Of a DNA stretch of 64,000 bases, positions 25,701-35,098 are shown one piece after another. Origin of the DNA: an uncultured bacterium (GTDB lineage: Bacteria; Krumholzibacteriota; Krumholzibacteriia; Krumholzibacteriales; Krumholzibacteriaceae). A program made the position numbers and the translations under genes. The notes below the pieces were generated by a model. The model had not been told where the DNA came from. It saw nothing but the letters and a program-made list of their open reading frames with translations, and searched no databases. The number at the start of each line of letters is the position of its first letter. Position 1 is the first letter of the stretch. Location: NCBI GenBank assembly GCA_963786935.1, contig CAWBAN010000002.1, positions 1 through 64,000 on the forward strand. Reading direction: 5' to 3'.

Positions 25701-28049
25701 GTGAGGCATCTACTTCTCGCAGCAGCCTTCCTCTGCATGCTCGCGCCGGCCGGTTCTGCGCAGACGACGATCGGCGACATAGGCCTCTACGCCGATGTGA
25801 ATCACGAGAGTTCATGCGCCTCGGGCACGGGCTTCTATCCGGTGGAGATGTACGTCTGGGCCAGGCCGACGACACCAAAGGGTCTCCAGGCGCTCGAGTT
25901 CGCGATCCAGTACCCGAGCAACGTGGCTCCGGGCGTTATCACCTGGAACCCCGACGTAAGCATATACGTAGGCAATCCCCGAGACGGCATTTCGCTCGCA
26001 TATGCTGTGGATCGTTGCCAATCCGACTGGACCATGCCGTTCCATCAGACCGTCTATGTGATGAACCAGGATCCGAGCTGGGCGGTTCTCACGCACGATT
26101 TATACTACACGAAGATCATAGGCTGTGATTGCACGCCCGGCTTCCCGATCAGCCCTCTTCGGAAGACCACGAACCTGTGCTTCAATTTCTGCACGTCGAA
26201 TTTCGACATGCCGTTCATCATGAGCGTCGCGAAGATCGATGCGCTTAACCTGAACGTCGTGTTCAGCGAGAAGGTGACGCCGGAGTCGGCGGGCGCCATC
26301 GCCAACTACACGCTCTACGACAAGTCTACCGGCTCGGGGACCGTGTCGATCCTGTCGGCCGCGTATCAACCGGACAGCTTTTCCGTGCGCCTCGCGCTCG
26401 GCGATCCGATTCTCGCGGGAAGGCCGTATCTCCTCGAGGCGCGGGACATCGTCGATCTGCAGGGTTCGACCGGCACGTCGACGAAGGGTTTCGGCGATCT
26501 GCCCAACCTCACCTTTTCGACGCTGATCTCCGCCACCCCTTTCAAGGATCCGTGCGGCAGCCTCGATGTCACTTTTCAGATTCAGAACGATGGCGTCGGG
26601 CAGGCGGGGCCGTTCGATATGGACGTCAATTGGACCGCCGACGTATGGAAATTTACGCGCGACGCTGCGCTCGGACATTATGATTTCCCAGGCCTCGCCC
26701 CGGGGGCAAGCCTCTCCCTGCATTACACCTATGCGTGGCCCGACACCTCGATGATCGTGAATGCGGTGCTGGTGAATCTCGACCCGCTCGGGCTCATGCC
26801 GGAATCGAAGGAAACTGATAATTACAGCCCCTCAAGCTGGACGGAGGATTACTCCGCCAATCATTTGAAGGTCACGGACGTTCCCGGGGACCAGGGCAAG
26901 CTCGTGCACTTCGAGTTCGAAACCGTCGCTTATGCCTATGATGACCTCCCATATTATCCGTTCCTTCAGTATGACATCTATCGAAGGGATCCGGGTGGCT
27001 GGACGCTCCTCGCGACCATACCCGATGACGAAAGCCACAGATACCACATCGATCTCGCCACGCTCGCGGATTCCACCGAGGACCAGGGATTGCAGTGGTC
27101 CGTCTTCAAGGTCCGCACTAAGGTGCACGTCGTGACGGACGGCACGATCCGGTATTTCGAATCGTGCCCCGACTCGGGCTACTCCGTGGACAACCTGCCG
27201 CCGGAGGCGCCGCAGGGGCTCGCGGCATCGATGTTCGACGGAGGCCTCACGCTGCATTGGAACGCGAGCCCCGAGCCCGACGTCGCGGCATACGTGATCT
27301 ATCGAGGCTTCGATGCGGGCTTCATTCCCGACGACGACAGCCGCCTCGCGACGATTACGAGCGGGCTCGAATATTTCGACGGCGACTGGTATCCGGGGAG
27401 CTTCTACTGGTACAAGGTCCGGGCCAAAGACTCCGCCGGAAACGAGGGCCCCTGGGCCTCGACGCTTCCCGATCAATACGTGGCGACGCAGCTGAAGAGC
27501 TTCGCGGCGGCTTTGAAGGAGGCCTCGATCGAGCTCACGTGGACCCTCTCGCTCTACGATGGAGACGGCAGCTTCGCCGTGTACCGCGCGGACGGCGAGG
27601 GCGCGGAGTTCCGCGAGATTCCCGCGGCGGATATCTCGAGCGCCGGACTCGCCTTCACCTTCGTCGACGGAACCGTCGTCGGAGGGGAGAGCTATCGGTA
27701 CCGGGTCGCCTTCGTCGCGGCCGGCACGACGCGCGTGCTCTTCGAGACCGAGACGATCAAGACGCCGGAGCTTCCGCTCACGCTCTACCAGAACTTCCCG
27801 AATCCGTTCAATCCGTCGACGACGATCAGGTACTACCTGCCCGTCGCCGGTCACGTCCGGCTCGACATATTCGACGCTTCGGGAAAGCTCGTCGTCACGC
27901 TGGCCGACAAGCAGGCGGCGAAGGGCGCCCATGTCGCCGAGTGGAAGGGCGTGAACGCGAGCGGCGGCCAGGTGAAATCGGGCGTTTATTTCTACCGGCT
28001 CGCGACGCGCGAGAAGACGCTCACGCACAAGATGGTGCTTCTGCGCTGA
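25701..28049 (+). CDS. Secreted Ig/CARDB/FN3 protein with FlgD-Ig C-terminal domain
   Basis: Signal peptide; DNLPPEAPQGL..YKVRAKDSAGNE; QNFPNPFNP..SGVYFYRL..KMVLLR. Confidence 0.85.
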   Translation: MRHLLLAAAFLCMLAPAGSAQTTIGDIGLYADVNHESSCASGTGFYPVEMYVWARPTTPKGLQALEFAIQYPSNVAPGVITWNPDVSIYVGNPRDGISLAYAVDRCQSDWTMPFHQTVYVMNQDPSWAVLTHDLYYTKIIGCDCTPGFPISPLRKTTNLCFNFCTSNFDMPFIMSVAKIDALNLNVVFSEKVTPESAGAIANYTLYDKSTGSGTVSILSAAYQPDSFSVRLALGDPILAGRPYLLEARDIVDLQGSTGTSTKGFGDLPNLTFSTLISATPFKDPCGSLDVTFQIQNDGVGQAGPFDMDVNWTADVWKFTRDAALGHYDFPGLAPGASLSLHYTYAWPDTSMIVNAVLVNLDPLGLMPESKETDNYSPSSWTEDYSANHLKVTDVPGDQGKLVHFEFETVAYAYDDLPYYPFLQYDIYRRDPGGWTLLATIPDDESHRYHIDLATLADSTEDQGLQWSVFKVRTKVHVVTDGTIRYFESCPDSGYSVDNLPPEAPQGLAASMFDGGLTLHWNASPEPDVAAYVIYRGFDAGFIPDDDSRLATITSGLEYFDGDWYPGSFYWYKVRAKDSAGNEGPWASTLPDQYVATQLKSFAAALKEASIELTWTLSLYDGDGSFAVYRADGEGAEFREIPAADISSAGLAFTFVDGTVVGGESYRYRVAFVAAGTTRVLFETETIKTPELPLTLYQNFPNPFNPSTTIRYYLPVAGHVRLDIFDASGKLVVTLADKQAAKGAHVAEWKGVNASGGQVKSGVYFYRLATREKTLTHKMVLLR

Positions 28050-28062
28050 CCCCGCGGCCGCG

Positions 28063-30348
28063 CTAGAGCTGGAAGAGATACTGGAACTTCATGAAGAACT
28101 GGCGCTCGGTGAGGTCCCATCCTTCGCGCCCGTCCTCCGCCATGTCGTAGCCGCGGTAGTCGTGCGTCGAGCCGATGTAGAACATCGTGAGCGAGTTGAT
28201 CCGGTACGTGACGAGCGGATCGAAGTCCCACGTGTTGTAGCGATCGTTGTACTGCGTGACGACGCGCATCGAGAATTCGCGCGACAGCTGCAGGGACAGG
28301 CGCGTCCAGAAGACCGATTGCGAGAAGAGCCGCTCGTTCGTATTCACGTCGTCGCTGCGCGAGTAGCCGTAGGAGGCGGAGATCAGGAAGCGGTCGACGG
28401 GCTTGACGTTCGCCGTGAGGCCGTAGTCGAGCTGCTTGCCGATGACCATCGCGTAGCGCGCGATGCGGTGCCCGTAATTGACGTTCGCGCTCAGCCGCAG
28501 CGCGTCGCTGAGATTCGTGCTGATGCAGTTGTGGACCCCCCAGATGCCGTTGAACTGCGTCCCCCTGAAATGCTCGTTGCTCGCGAGGTAGTTCGCGTGC
28601 ATCTGGGTCTGGGCGGCGCGGAATTTCACGGCGAGATTCGGATTGATCCATTCGTCCTTCTGGAACCAATCGTCGAAGTTCCATTCGCGGGCCACGTTCA
28701 CGTAGCCGTCGACGAAATCCAGCACCTTGCTCTTATCGAACCGTTTCGTGTAGCCGACGTTGGCCTGGGCCTGGCGTATGTTGTTCGCCGGCTCGAACCC
28801 GTTGTCCGCGCGGAAGGTCGGGCTCAGCTCGTAGTATTGAGCGCTGCCGTAGAAGGTGCCCGTGTTCCGGTTCAGGGCGGCGATGAACGCGTGCCCCCAG
28901 AAGGTCTCGCCGTCGAGCCCGGCCGTATATTTGCCGCCGTCGAACGTGCTCGCGTTGAACGCGCTGTCGCTCACGAGGGCGAGATTGTCGACCTCTTCCG
29001 TGTACGACGCCAGCGCCTGGAATTTGAACGTGTTGCTCTTGGACAGGCGGATCTGGCCGTCGACGCTCGCCAGCGATCCCATGCCGCCCCCGTCGAACAG
29101 CCTGTTGGTCCCGAGCAATCCCACGTGCGACTGCTCGCCGAGATCGCGCTTATACCGCAGAATGGTCGAGAAGCTCCGCCCGTTCTCGAGGAACTCGCTC
29201 TGCTCCTCGAAGGGGAGAATGATGACCGAGTGCTCGTCGCGCGCCGAGAGGAACGCGAGGTTGTTCGCGCCCGAGCGCCAGGTCGCCTTGCCCGCCGAGA
29301 TCGGGTCGTTGATCGATCTCGTGTAGACCGCTTCGAAGTACGTATTGAAAAGGTCGCTCCCCTCCTGGAAGAACGGACGCTTCTCGGGGTAGAACAGGGC
29401 GAACGTCGAGTTCACGTCGATCTGCGCCACGTCGGTCTCGACCTGGCTGAAATCGGGATTGACGGTCGCCTCGGCCTTGAGCTCCGAGGAGATGTCGTAG
29501 GCGAGGCCGAGGCCGATGTCCGCCTCGGCTTTGCTGTTTTCGAACTGCCCGTCGCCGCCGAGCGAGCCCGACTCGTGCGCCACGACCGCCGGCAGAACCT
29601 CGAAGCCCTTGCCCGGCTTGATGCCGGTTATGCCGGTGACCGTCCCCCACTGGCAGGGCCAGCAGTCCTCCTTGCGGTCGAGAGCCGCCCAGGAATACTG
29701 GTAGCTCGACTCGCGCGGGCGGTTGCGCCAGAAATCGACGCGCCACGTCTGCTCCTCTTTGTCGGGAAAGCGCAGGCTCGAGAAGGGCACGGCGATCTCC
29801 GCCACCCAGCCCTGATCGGTGATCCGGCTCGCCGACTCGTAGATCATGTCGTAGGTCGCGTCCTCGCCGCCGGACGGCGAGAAGAGGAGATCCCCCGGTA
29901 TCCCGTAGGGATTGACCGCGATCTCGTACGCGTGCGTCGCTTCGCCGTAGGTGTCGAGGCACAGGAACACGAGGTCGTCGCTGAAGACCTTGTCCCGCTC
30001 GCAGAACGAGGCCCGCACCTCCCCCGGTTTGTCGTAGCACATGAAGGCGACGTAGAGATTGTTGGCGTCATAGGTGATGAAGACCTCCGTGGCGACGGCG
30101 GGCTTGGTCTGGTCGCCGGGCTCGTGCTCGGCGAAGTTCCCCGCCTTCGCGGCGCCGCGCCAGCCGGCGTCCCCGAGGTCCCCGTCTATCTTTATCTCGC
30201 CCAGCGCCCGGGAGATCCTGAGCTCGGGATGGTATACCGGCACATAGATGTCGTCGGCGCGCGCGGCGGAAAACGCGGCAACCAGCGAACCGATTGAAAT
30301 CAAACATAATACCGAAAGCCCCTGCCTCGAGAGCGACCTTGTACGCAT
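28063..30348 (-). CDS. Carbohydrate-binding family 9-like / DUF5916 outer-membrane protein
   Basis: IDGDLGDAGW, AEIAVPFSSLRF, TVNPDFSQVETD, FYPEKRPFFQEG, terminal KFQYLFQL. Confidence 0.85.
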   Translation of the reverse strand: MRTRSLSRQGLSVLCLISIGSLVAAFSAARADDIYVPVYHPELRISRALGEIKIDGDLGDAGWRGAAKAGNFAEHEPGDQTKPAVATEVFITYDANNLYVAFMCYDKPGEVRASFCERDKVFSDDLVFLCLDTYGEATHAYEIAVNPYGIPGDLLFSPSGGEDATYDMIYESASRITDQGWVAEIAVPFSSLRFPDKEEQTWRVDFWRNRPRESSYQYSWAALDRKEDCWPCQWGTVTGITGIKPGKGFEVLPAVVAHESGSLGGDGQFENSKAEADIGLGLAYDISSELKAEATVNPDFSQVETDVAQIDVNSTFALFYPEKRPFFQEGSDLFNTYFEAVYTRSINDPISAGKATWRSGANNLAFLSARDEHSVIILPFEEQSEFLENGRSFSTILRYKRDLGEQSHVGLLGTNRLFDGGGMGSLASVDGQIRLSKSNTFKFQALASYTEEVDNLALVSDSAFNASTFDGGKYTAGLDGETFWGHAFIAALNRNTGTFYGSAQYYELSPTFRADNGFEPANNIRQAQANVGYTKRFDKSKVLDFVDGYVNVAREWNFDDWFQKDEWINPNLAVKFRAAQTQMHANYLASNEHFRGTQFNGIWGVHNCISTNLSDALRLSANVNYGHRIARYAMVIGKQLDYGLTANVKPVDRFLISASYGYSRSDDVNTNERLFSQSVFWTRLSLQLSREFSMRVVTQYNDRYNTWDFDPLVTYRINSLTMFYIGSTHDYRGYDMAEDGREGWDLTERQFFMKFQYLFQL

Positions 30349-30418
30349 CGCGTCTATCCTTTGAGTGTGAAGCCGAGCGAAGGAGGTGGGGGCCTTCGCG
30401 AACTCGGAGATACCAATT

Positions 30419-30448
30419 CCTTATACGAAGAAGAGACCGGTAGGTTCC
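30419..30448 (-). promoter_or_regulatory. ECF-sigma promoter of DUF5916 gene 1
   Basis: GGAACC-N15-CGTATAAGG; boxes identical at 39041-39070. Confidence 0.7.
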
Positions 30449-30543
30449 GCCGGTGGATCAATATTCCACCACCCCGAAGATCATGGGATCGGCGATGATT
30501 CCCATCTCCATTCGCCGGAACCCTGTGGTAATATTCGTCCCTA

Positions 30544-32223
30544 ATGAAGCGTTTCGACTATCTTATCGGCGCCGTCGCGATCGTCGCCTTCTTCATGCTC
30601 ATCGCCGAGCTCAGCGGCTACCTCGATCAGTATGCGCGCTATTTCAAGTTCGCCAATCTGGCCGTTCTCGTTCTCTTCGTAGCTCATGTCGGCGCGTCCT
30701 TTCTCCTGAGCAAGAACAAGCTGGGGCACTTCAAGCGCAACTGGCTCGACCTCATCGTCTTCATACCTATCGTGCAGCTCCATCACGGCATCGAGAGCAG
30801 CCCCTCGGCGGTTATTGTCAGGCAAGCGGTCATCGTCTTCATGATCATCTCGCGAACCCGCAAGGCCGATAAGCTCGTTTCGCTTCTCGGGCTCAAGCCC
30901 GCGCAGCTCATGCTCACGAGCTTCGGTGCCGCGATCTGCATCGGAACGATCCTCCTCATGCTCCCCGCGGCGACCGTTTCGGGCGTTCGCACGAGCTTCG
31001 TCGACGCCCTCTTCACGGCCACCTCCGCCACGTGCGTCACCGGGCTCATTGTGAAGGACACCGCCGTATACTTCAGCACCTTCGGCCATTGTGTCATCCT
31101 CGCGCTCATCCAGGTTGGCGCCCTCGGCATCATGACGTTTTCGGTGTCGCTGGCGGTCTTCGCCAGGAAGCGCGTCGAGATGCAGCGCCAGATCGAGATG
31201 CAGGAGATGCTCGACCAGGACACGGTCGCGAGCATCAAGGACCTTGTGAAGTTCATCGTCAAGATGGCCTTCGCCTTTGAAATCGCGGGGGCCGCGGGGC
31301 TCTTCCTCGCGTGGCGCGGAAAGATCGGCGGGGACGGGCTCACGGCTTTCCACGCCCTTTTCCATTCTGTTTCCGCCTTCTGCAACGCCGGCTTTTCGAC
31401 CTTCAGCGACAGTCTCGTCCGGTTCTCCGGCGATATCCCCACCAACGTCATGATCATGGTTCTCATCGTGTTCGGCGGTCTCGGATTCACCGTCGTGCGG
31501 GATCTCCTGGGCAATTTCCGGGAACGCGCCCTCCGGCGGTCTTCCCGGCTCCGGAGCCTCCGGGTGCAAACCAAGATCGTTCTCGCCGTGAGCGCGACCC
31601 TCATCCTCGCCGGAGCGGTGCTTTTCTACGCGCTGGAGCGCGGTTCTTCGCTCGCCGGCGCCGGAATCGGGGATCGCATCCTCGTGTCGCTCTTTCAGTC
31701 GGTCACGGCGCGCACCGCGGGCTTCAACACGTGCGATTTCGGGGCTCTGTCCTCGGCCACGCTCATGGTCGTCATAATCCTGATGTTCATCGGAGCTTCG
31801 CCGGGTTCGACGGGAGGCGGGATCAAGACAACGACCGTCGCCGTGCTCTGGAGCGCCATCATGAGCGGGCTCCGCAAGCGCCCCGACTCCGAGCTCTATC
31901 GTCGGACGATCCCGGCCGAGGTCATCCAGAAGGCGCTCAGCGTGCTCATTATCTCCCTGGTCGTTGTGCTCGCGTTCGGGCTCGTGCTCCTCTATTATGA
32001 GAACCAGCCTTTTGCGAGCGTCATGTTCGAAACGGTGAGCGCCTTCGGTACGGTCGGGCTCTCAACGGGGATTACCCCGAACCTTTCGACGGCGGGAAAG
32101 GTCGCGCTGACGCTCCTCATGTTCATGGGGAGACTGGGTCCTCTCACGATCGCCTACGCTTTCCTGCGCCAGAGAAGGCCGGCGCAATACCGGTACGCCG
32201 AAGAACGGGTCATGATCGGTTGA
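30544..32223 (+). CDS. ktrB: Trk/Ktr potassium transporter membrane subunit with N-terminal TM extension
   Basis: SATCVTGL, SAFCNAGF, TARTAGFN, SAFGTVGLS, GGGIKTTT. Confidence 0.9.
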   Translation: MKRFDYLIGAVAIVAFFMLIAELSGYLDQYARYFKFANLAVLVLFVAHVGASFLLSKNKLGHFKRNWLDLIVFIPIVQLHHGIESSPSAVIVRQAVIVFMIISRTRKADKLVSLLGLKPAQLMLTSFGAAICIGTILLMLPAATVSGVRTSFVDALFTATSATCVTGLIVKDTAVYFSTFGHCVILALIQVGALGIMTFSVSLAVFARKRVEMQRQIEMQEMLDQDTVASIKDLVKFIVKMAFAFEIAGAAGLFLAWRGKIGGDGLTAFHALFHSVSAFCNAGFSTFSDSLVRFSGDIPTNVMIMVLIVFGGLGFTVVRDLLGNFRERALRRSSRLRSLRVQTKIVLAVSATLILAGAVLFYALERGSSLAGAGIGDRILVSLFQSVTARTAGFNTCDFGALSSATLMVVIILMFIGASPGSTGGGIKTTTVAVLWSAIMSGLRKRPDSELYRRTIPAEVIQKALSVLIISLVVVLAFGLVLLYYENQPFASVMFETVSAFGTVGLSTGITPNLSTAGKVALTLLMFMGRLGPLTIAYAFLRQRRPAQYRYAEERVMIG

Positions 32224-32245
32224 TGATGCGAAAGAGAGGCACGCA

Positions 32246-32932
32246 ATGCGATATGTCGCGGTGATCGGTCTCGGCAATTTCGGGAGCACGGTGGCGCGCG
32301 AGCTCACCGACAGGGGGGCGAAGGTGATCGCCGTCGACAAGAACCGCGATCGAGTCGAGGCGATCAAGGATTCGGTCTCATACGCCGTCACCCTCAACTG
32401 CATCGAACAGACGGCGCTCCGATCGGTCGGCATTCAGGACGTGGATATCGCGGTCGTCTGCATCGGCGACGACATCGAGGCCAACCTTCTATCGACGCTG
32501 CTCCTCAAGAAAATAGGCGTCAAGAAGATATGGGCGCGCGCCATCAGCTCCCCCCAGCAGGAGATCCTGAAATCGCTCGAGGTCGACGAAATCGTGAGCC
32601 TCGAGGAGGAGATGGGCCGTCTCGTCGCCCGGAGCCTCGTTTCGCCGGGCATCAAGAAACACGTTCCGCTCTCGCGGGACCACAGCCTCGTCGAAATAGA
32701 TGTGCCCCAGAGCTTTATCGGCAAAACAATCCGCGAAATGAACACCCGCGACAAATATCGCATCAATATCGTCGCCTTGAAGAAGAGAACGCCCTCGATA
32801 GACGGTCGCGGCGAGCGCATTTTCTCGGAGACGATCGACGTGACGCCGGAGCCTGACACGACGCTCGAAACAGACGACATCCTTCTCGTGGTCGGAGCGG
32901 AAGACAATATACGCAAGTTTATGGAGCGGTGA
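32246..32932 (+). CDS. ktrA: Trk/Ktr NAD-binding RCK subunit
   Basis: VIGLGNFG Rossmann motif; TrkA-C domain. Confidence 0.9.
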   Translation: MRYVAVIGLGNFGSTVARELTDRGAKVIAVDKNRDRVEAIKDSVSYAVTLNCIEQTALRSVGIQDVDIAVVCIGDDIEANLLSTLLLKKIGVKKIWARAISSPQQEILKSLEVDEIVSLEEEMGRLVARSLVSPGIKKHVPLSRDHSLVEIDVPQSFIGKTIREMNTRDKYRINIVALKKRTPSIDGRGERIFSETIDVTPEPDTTLETDDILLVVGAEDNIRKFMER

Positions 32933-32936
32933 GCCG

Positions 32937-33617
32937 ATGTTTAAGAATCTCATGAAATTCGCCGGATTATGCCTTATGTTCTGCTACGTCGCGGCCTACT
33001 TCGTCCTCCTGAGGGAATCCTCGGTTATCGGGCGCTATTCATGGTTCGCCTGGCTCGGTCCACTCGGTTTCGTGTGCGCCATGTACCTCGCCGCGCGGCT
33101 CTTGACATTTCAGGCGAAATTCACCCGTTTTTCACGGCATCTCCTCGAGGGCAACTATCAATCGGGAATCCAGACACATCGGCTCTCGCGCGACGAGGTG
33201 CGCGGGCTCGCCGACCTCACGAACAGGGTCGCCGACCGATTGCGTCTCTATGACGCGCTCCGGGCCGACTGGGTCGCCGTCAGCACGCGCGCCCGCGAGA
33301 TCATGCACGAGCGCACGGGAACGGCGGTCGTCATCGCCGATATCGACGAGGGAACCTTTCGCTTCAACCCGGCGGCGCGCGCACTCTTCGGCGTCGAGCA
33401 GGAATCGATGTCGATCGAGTCGATCGTGAAGCACTCGGAGAACGAACAGTTCGCGCGTGTATACCTCGATATCGTCGCCCGCGACAAGGTGCCCCGTACC
33501 GCGCACTTCACGATGACGCTTCCCGTTCGAAACATCGCGCGAGCTGTCGACGCCGACATCATCCCGATCAAAGACAGGGACGAGAGGGTGCGGCTCGTTT
33601 TGATATTCTTGAGCTAG
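32937..33617 (+). CDS. Membrane protein with HAMP- and PAS-like segments
   Basis: Two TM helices; DEVRGLADLTNRV; FNPAARALFG. Confidence 0.6.
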   Translation: MFKNLMKFAGLCLMFCYVAAYFVLLRESSVIGRYSWFAWLGPLGFVCAMYLAARLLTFQAKFTRFSRHLLEGNYQSGIQTHRLSRDEVRGLADLTNRVADRLRLYDALRADWVAVSTRAREIMHERTGTAVVIADIDEGTFRFNPAARALFGVEQESMSIESIVKHSENEQFARVYLDIVARDKVPRTAHFTMTLPVRNIARAVDADIIPIKDRDERVRLVLIFLS

Positions 33618-33641
33618 TTCGCGCGAGAGAATCCGCTCGCC

Positions 33642-34346
33642 CTAGGTCGTTTTCTTGAGGATGTTCATGCGGCAGACGGACCGGTACCGGTAGGATTCGA
33701 AGGGAGTGTCGGCGGCGCGGCAGAGCCGCTCCGTGACCGCGCGCGCGGCGGCGGCGACGTCGATTTTCGCCGCGGCGTCGCCGACGAAGAGATCGAGCAG
33801 GCGCATGTAATCCTGGAAGGATCTCTCCAGATAGTACATTCCCTCGCCCGTCATGCGCAGGCCCGCGCTCCCCGCCGCCTTGATCGCCTCGTACGCCGTC
33901 GCTTGAATGTCACGCTCGTCCTCGACGAGCCGGACGACCTCGTAATAGGATCCCGTCTCGCCGACCGGCTCGACGAAGATCGCCGTGCCGCCGGGCTTGA
34001 GGATGCGCATGCACTCCTCGACGGCGCGGCGCATCTCCTTCGCCGGAATGTGGTGGAAGCTCGCGAGATAGAGGACCGCGTCGGCGCACCCGCTCTCGAG
34101 CGGAACGTCCTGCGCCGTGCCCACGAGATATTTTTCATCCCCGCTCTTGGGAGCCTCCACGGCGCGGGCGATCATCTCGACCGAATCGACGCCCGTCGCC
34201 GCGGCGCCCTGCTCCGTCATCCAGCGGACGAAATCCCCCGCACCGCATCCGATGTCGACGGCGGTCTTCCCGGCGAAGTCGAAGTGCCGCGAGAGATACT
34301 CGCCGTGCGCTTGGACCTTCTTCATGGGCATTTCGGCGAAATTCAT
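33642..34346 (-). CDS. Class I SAM-dependent methyltransferase
   Basis: VDIGCGAG, SFHHI, RILKPGG; ATG at 34346 overlaps the upstream stop. Confidence 0.9.
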   Translation of the reverse strand: MNFAEMPMKKVQAHGEYLSRHFDFAGKTAVDIGCGAGDFVRWMTEQGAAATGVDSVEMIARAVEAPKSGDEKYLVGTAQDVPLESGCADAVLYLASFHHIPAKEMRRAVEECMRILKPGGTAIFVEPVGETGSYYEVVRLVEDERDIQATAYEAIKAAGSAGLRMTGEGMYYLERSFQDYMRLLDLFVGDAAAKIDVAAAARAVTERLCRAADTPFESYRYRSVCRMNILKKTT

Positions 34347-35092
34347 TGTTTCTCGACCTCCCGCGCGAGAAATTCGGCGAGACGCTCGAGATAGATTTCC
34401 CCTTTTTCGGCCGACGACTTCTCGGGATCGCCGAGGACCCCGTTCTTCGTGAGCGCCGGCATCCCCTTCTCGAAGATGACGCGAACCTCGTTCTCGGTGA
34501 GGGGCCCCACGTAGCCGGCCTCGAACCGGTCCCTGACGACGAGACCGCTCTCGAGCGCCAGCATCATGGAGGTTTCGTTCTCCCCCGCGTGCGCCCCCGC
34601 TTCCGCGGCGGTCACGCCGAACTCGACGGAGAGGGAATCCGAGAAATTGGAGAATGCCATGAGGTCGGTGTAGCCGACGATCTTCACGTTCGGGTGCTCC
34701 GCCCGCGCCTCCCCGATCGCCTTCTCCACCGTGCCGAAATTGCCGCCGTGGGTCGGGAGGAACACGATTCGCTTGAAGCCGCATGCGACGAGACTCCGTA
34801 CGTAATCGAGCACGATCATCCGCAGGGTATCCGGCCGGAGCGAGATCGTTCCGCCGAAGGAGACGTGATGATCGGAGATGCCCACCGGAATCGTCCGCGC
34901 CTGAAGCGCGTTTCCGAGTCTAGCGGCGACCCGGTTGACCACGTCCTCGGCGATTCTCGTATCGGTCATCGTCGGGAGGTGTGGGCCGTGCTGCTCGGTG
35001 GAGCCGACGCCCACGACGGCCGTCGTGAATCCGCGCGCGATCGCGTCGTTGACGGCGGGAGCGGTCATCTCTTCCATGCGGAGGGCGTTCAT
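34343..35092 (-). CDS. Creatininase family amidohydrolase (MftE-like)
   Basis: GSTEQHGPHLP..D, SDHH, HGGN, HAGENETS, NGVLGDP. Confidence 0.9.
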   Translation of the reverse strand: MNALRMEEMTAPAVNDAIARGFTTAVVGVGSTEQHGPHLPTMTDTRIAEDVVNRVAARLGNALQARTIPVGISDHHVSFGGTISLRPDTLRMIVLDYVRSLVACGFKRIVFLPTHGGNFGTVEKAIGEARAEHPNVKIVGYTDLMAFSNFSDSLSVEFGVTAAEAGAHAGENETSMMLALESGLVVRDRFEAGYVGPLTENEVRVIFEKGMPALTKNGVLGDPEKSSAEKGEIYLERLAEFLAREVEKQ

Positions 35093-35098
35093 TCTCGT

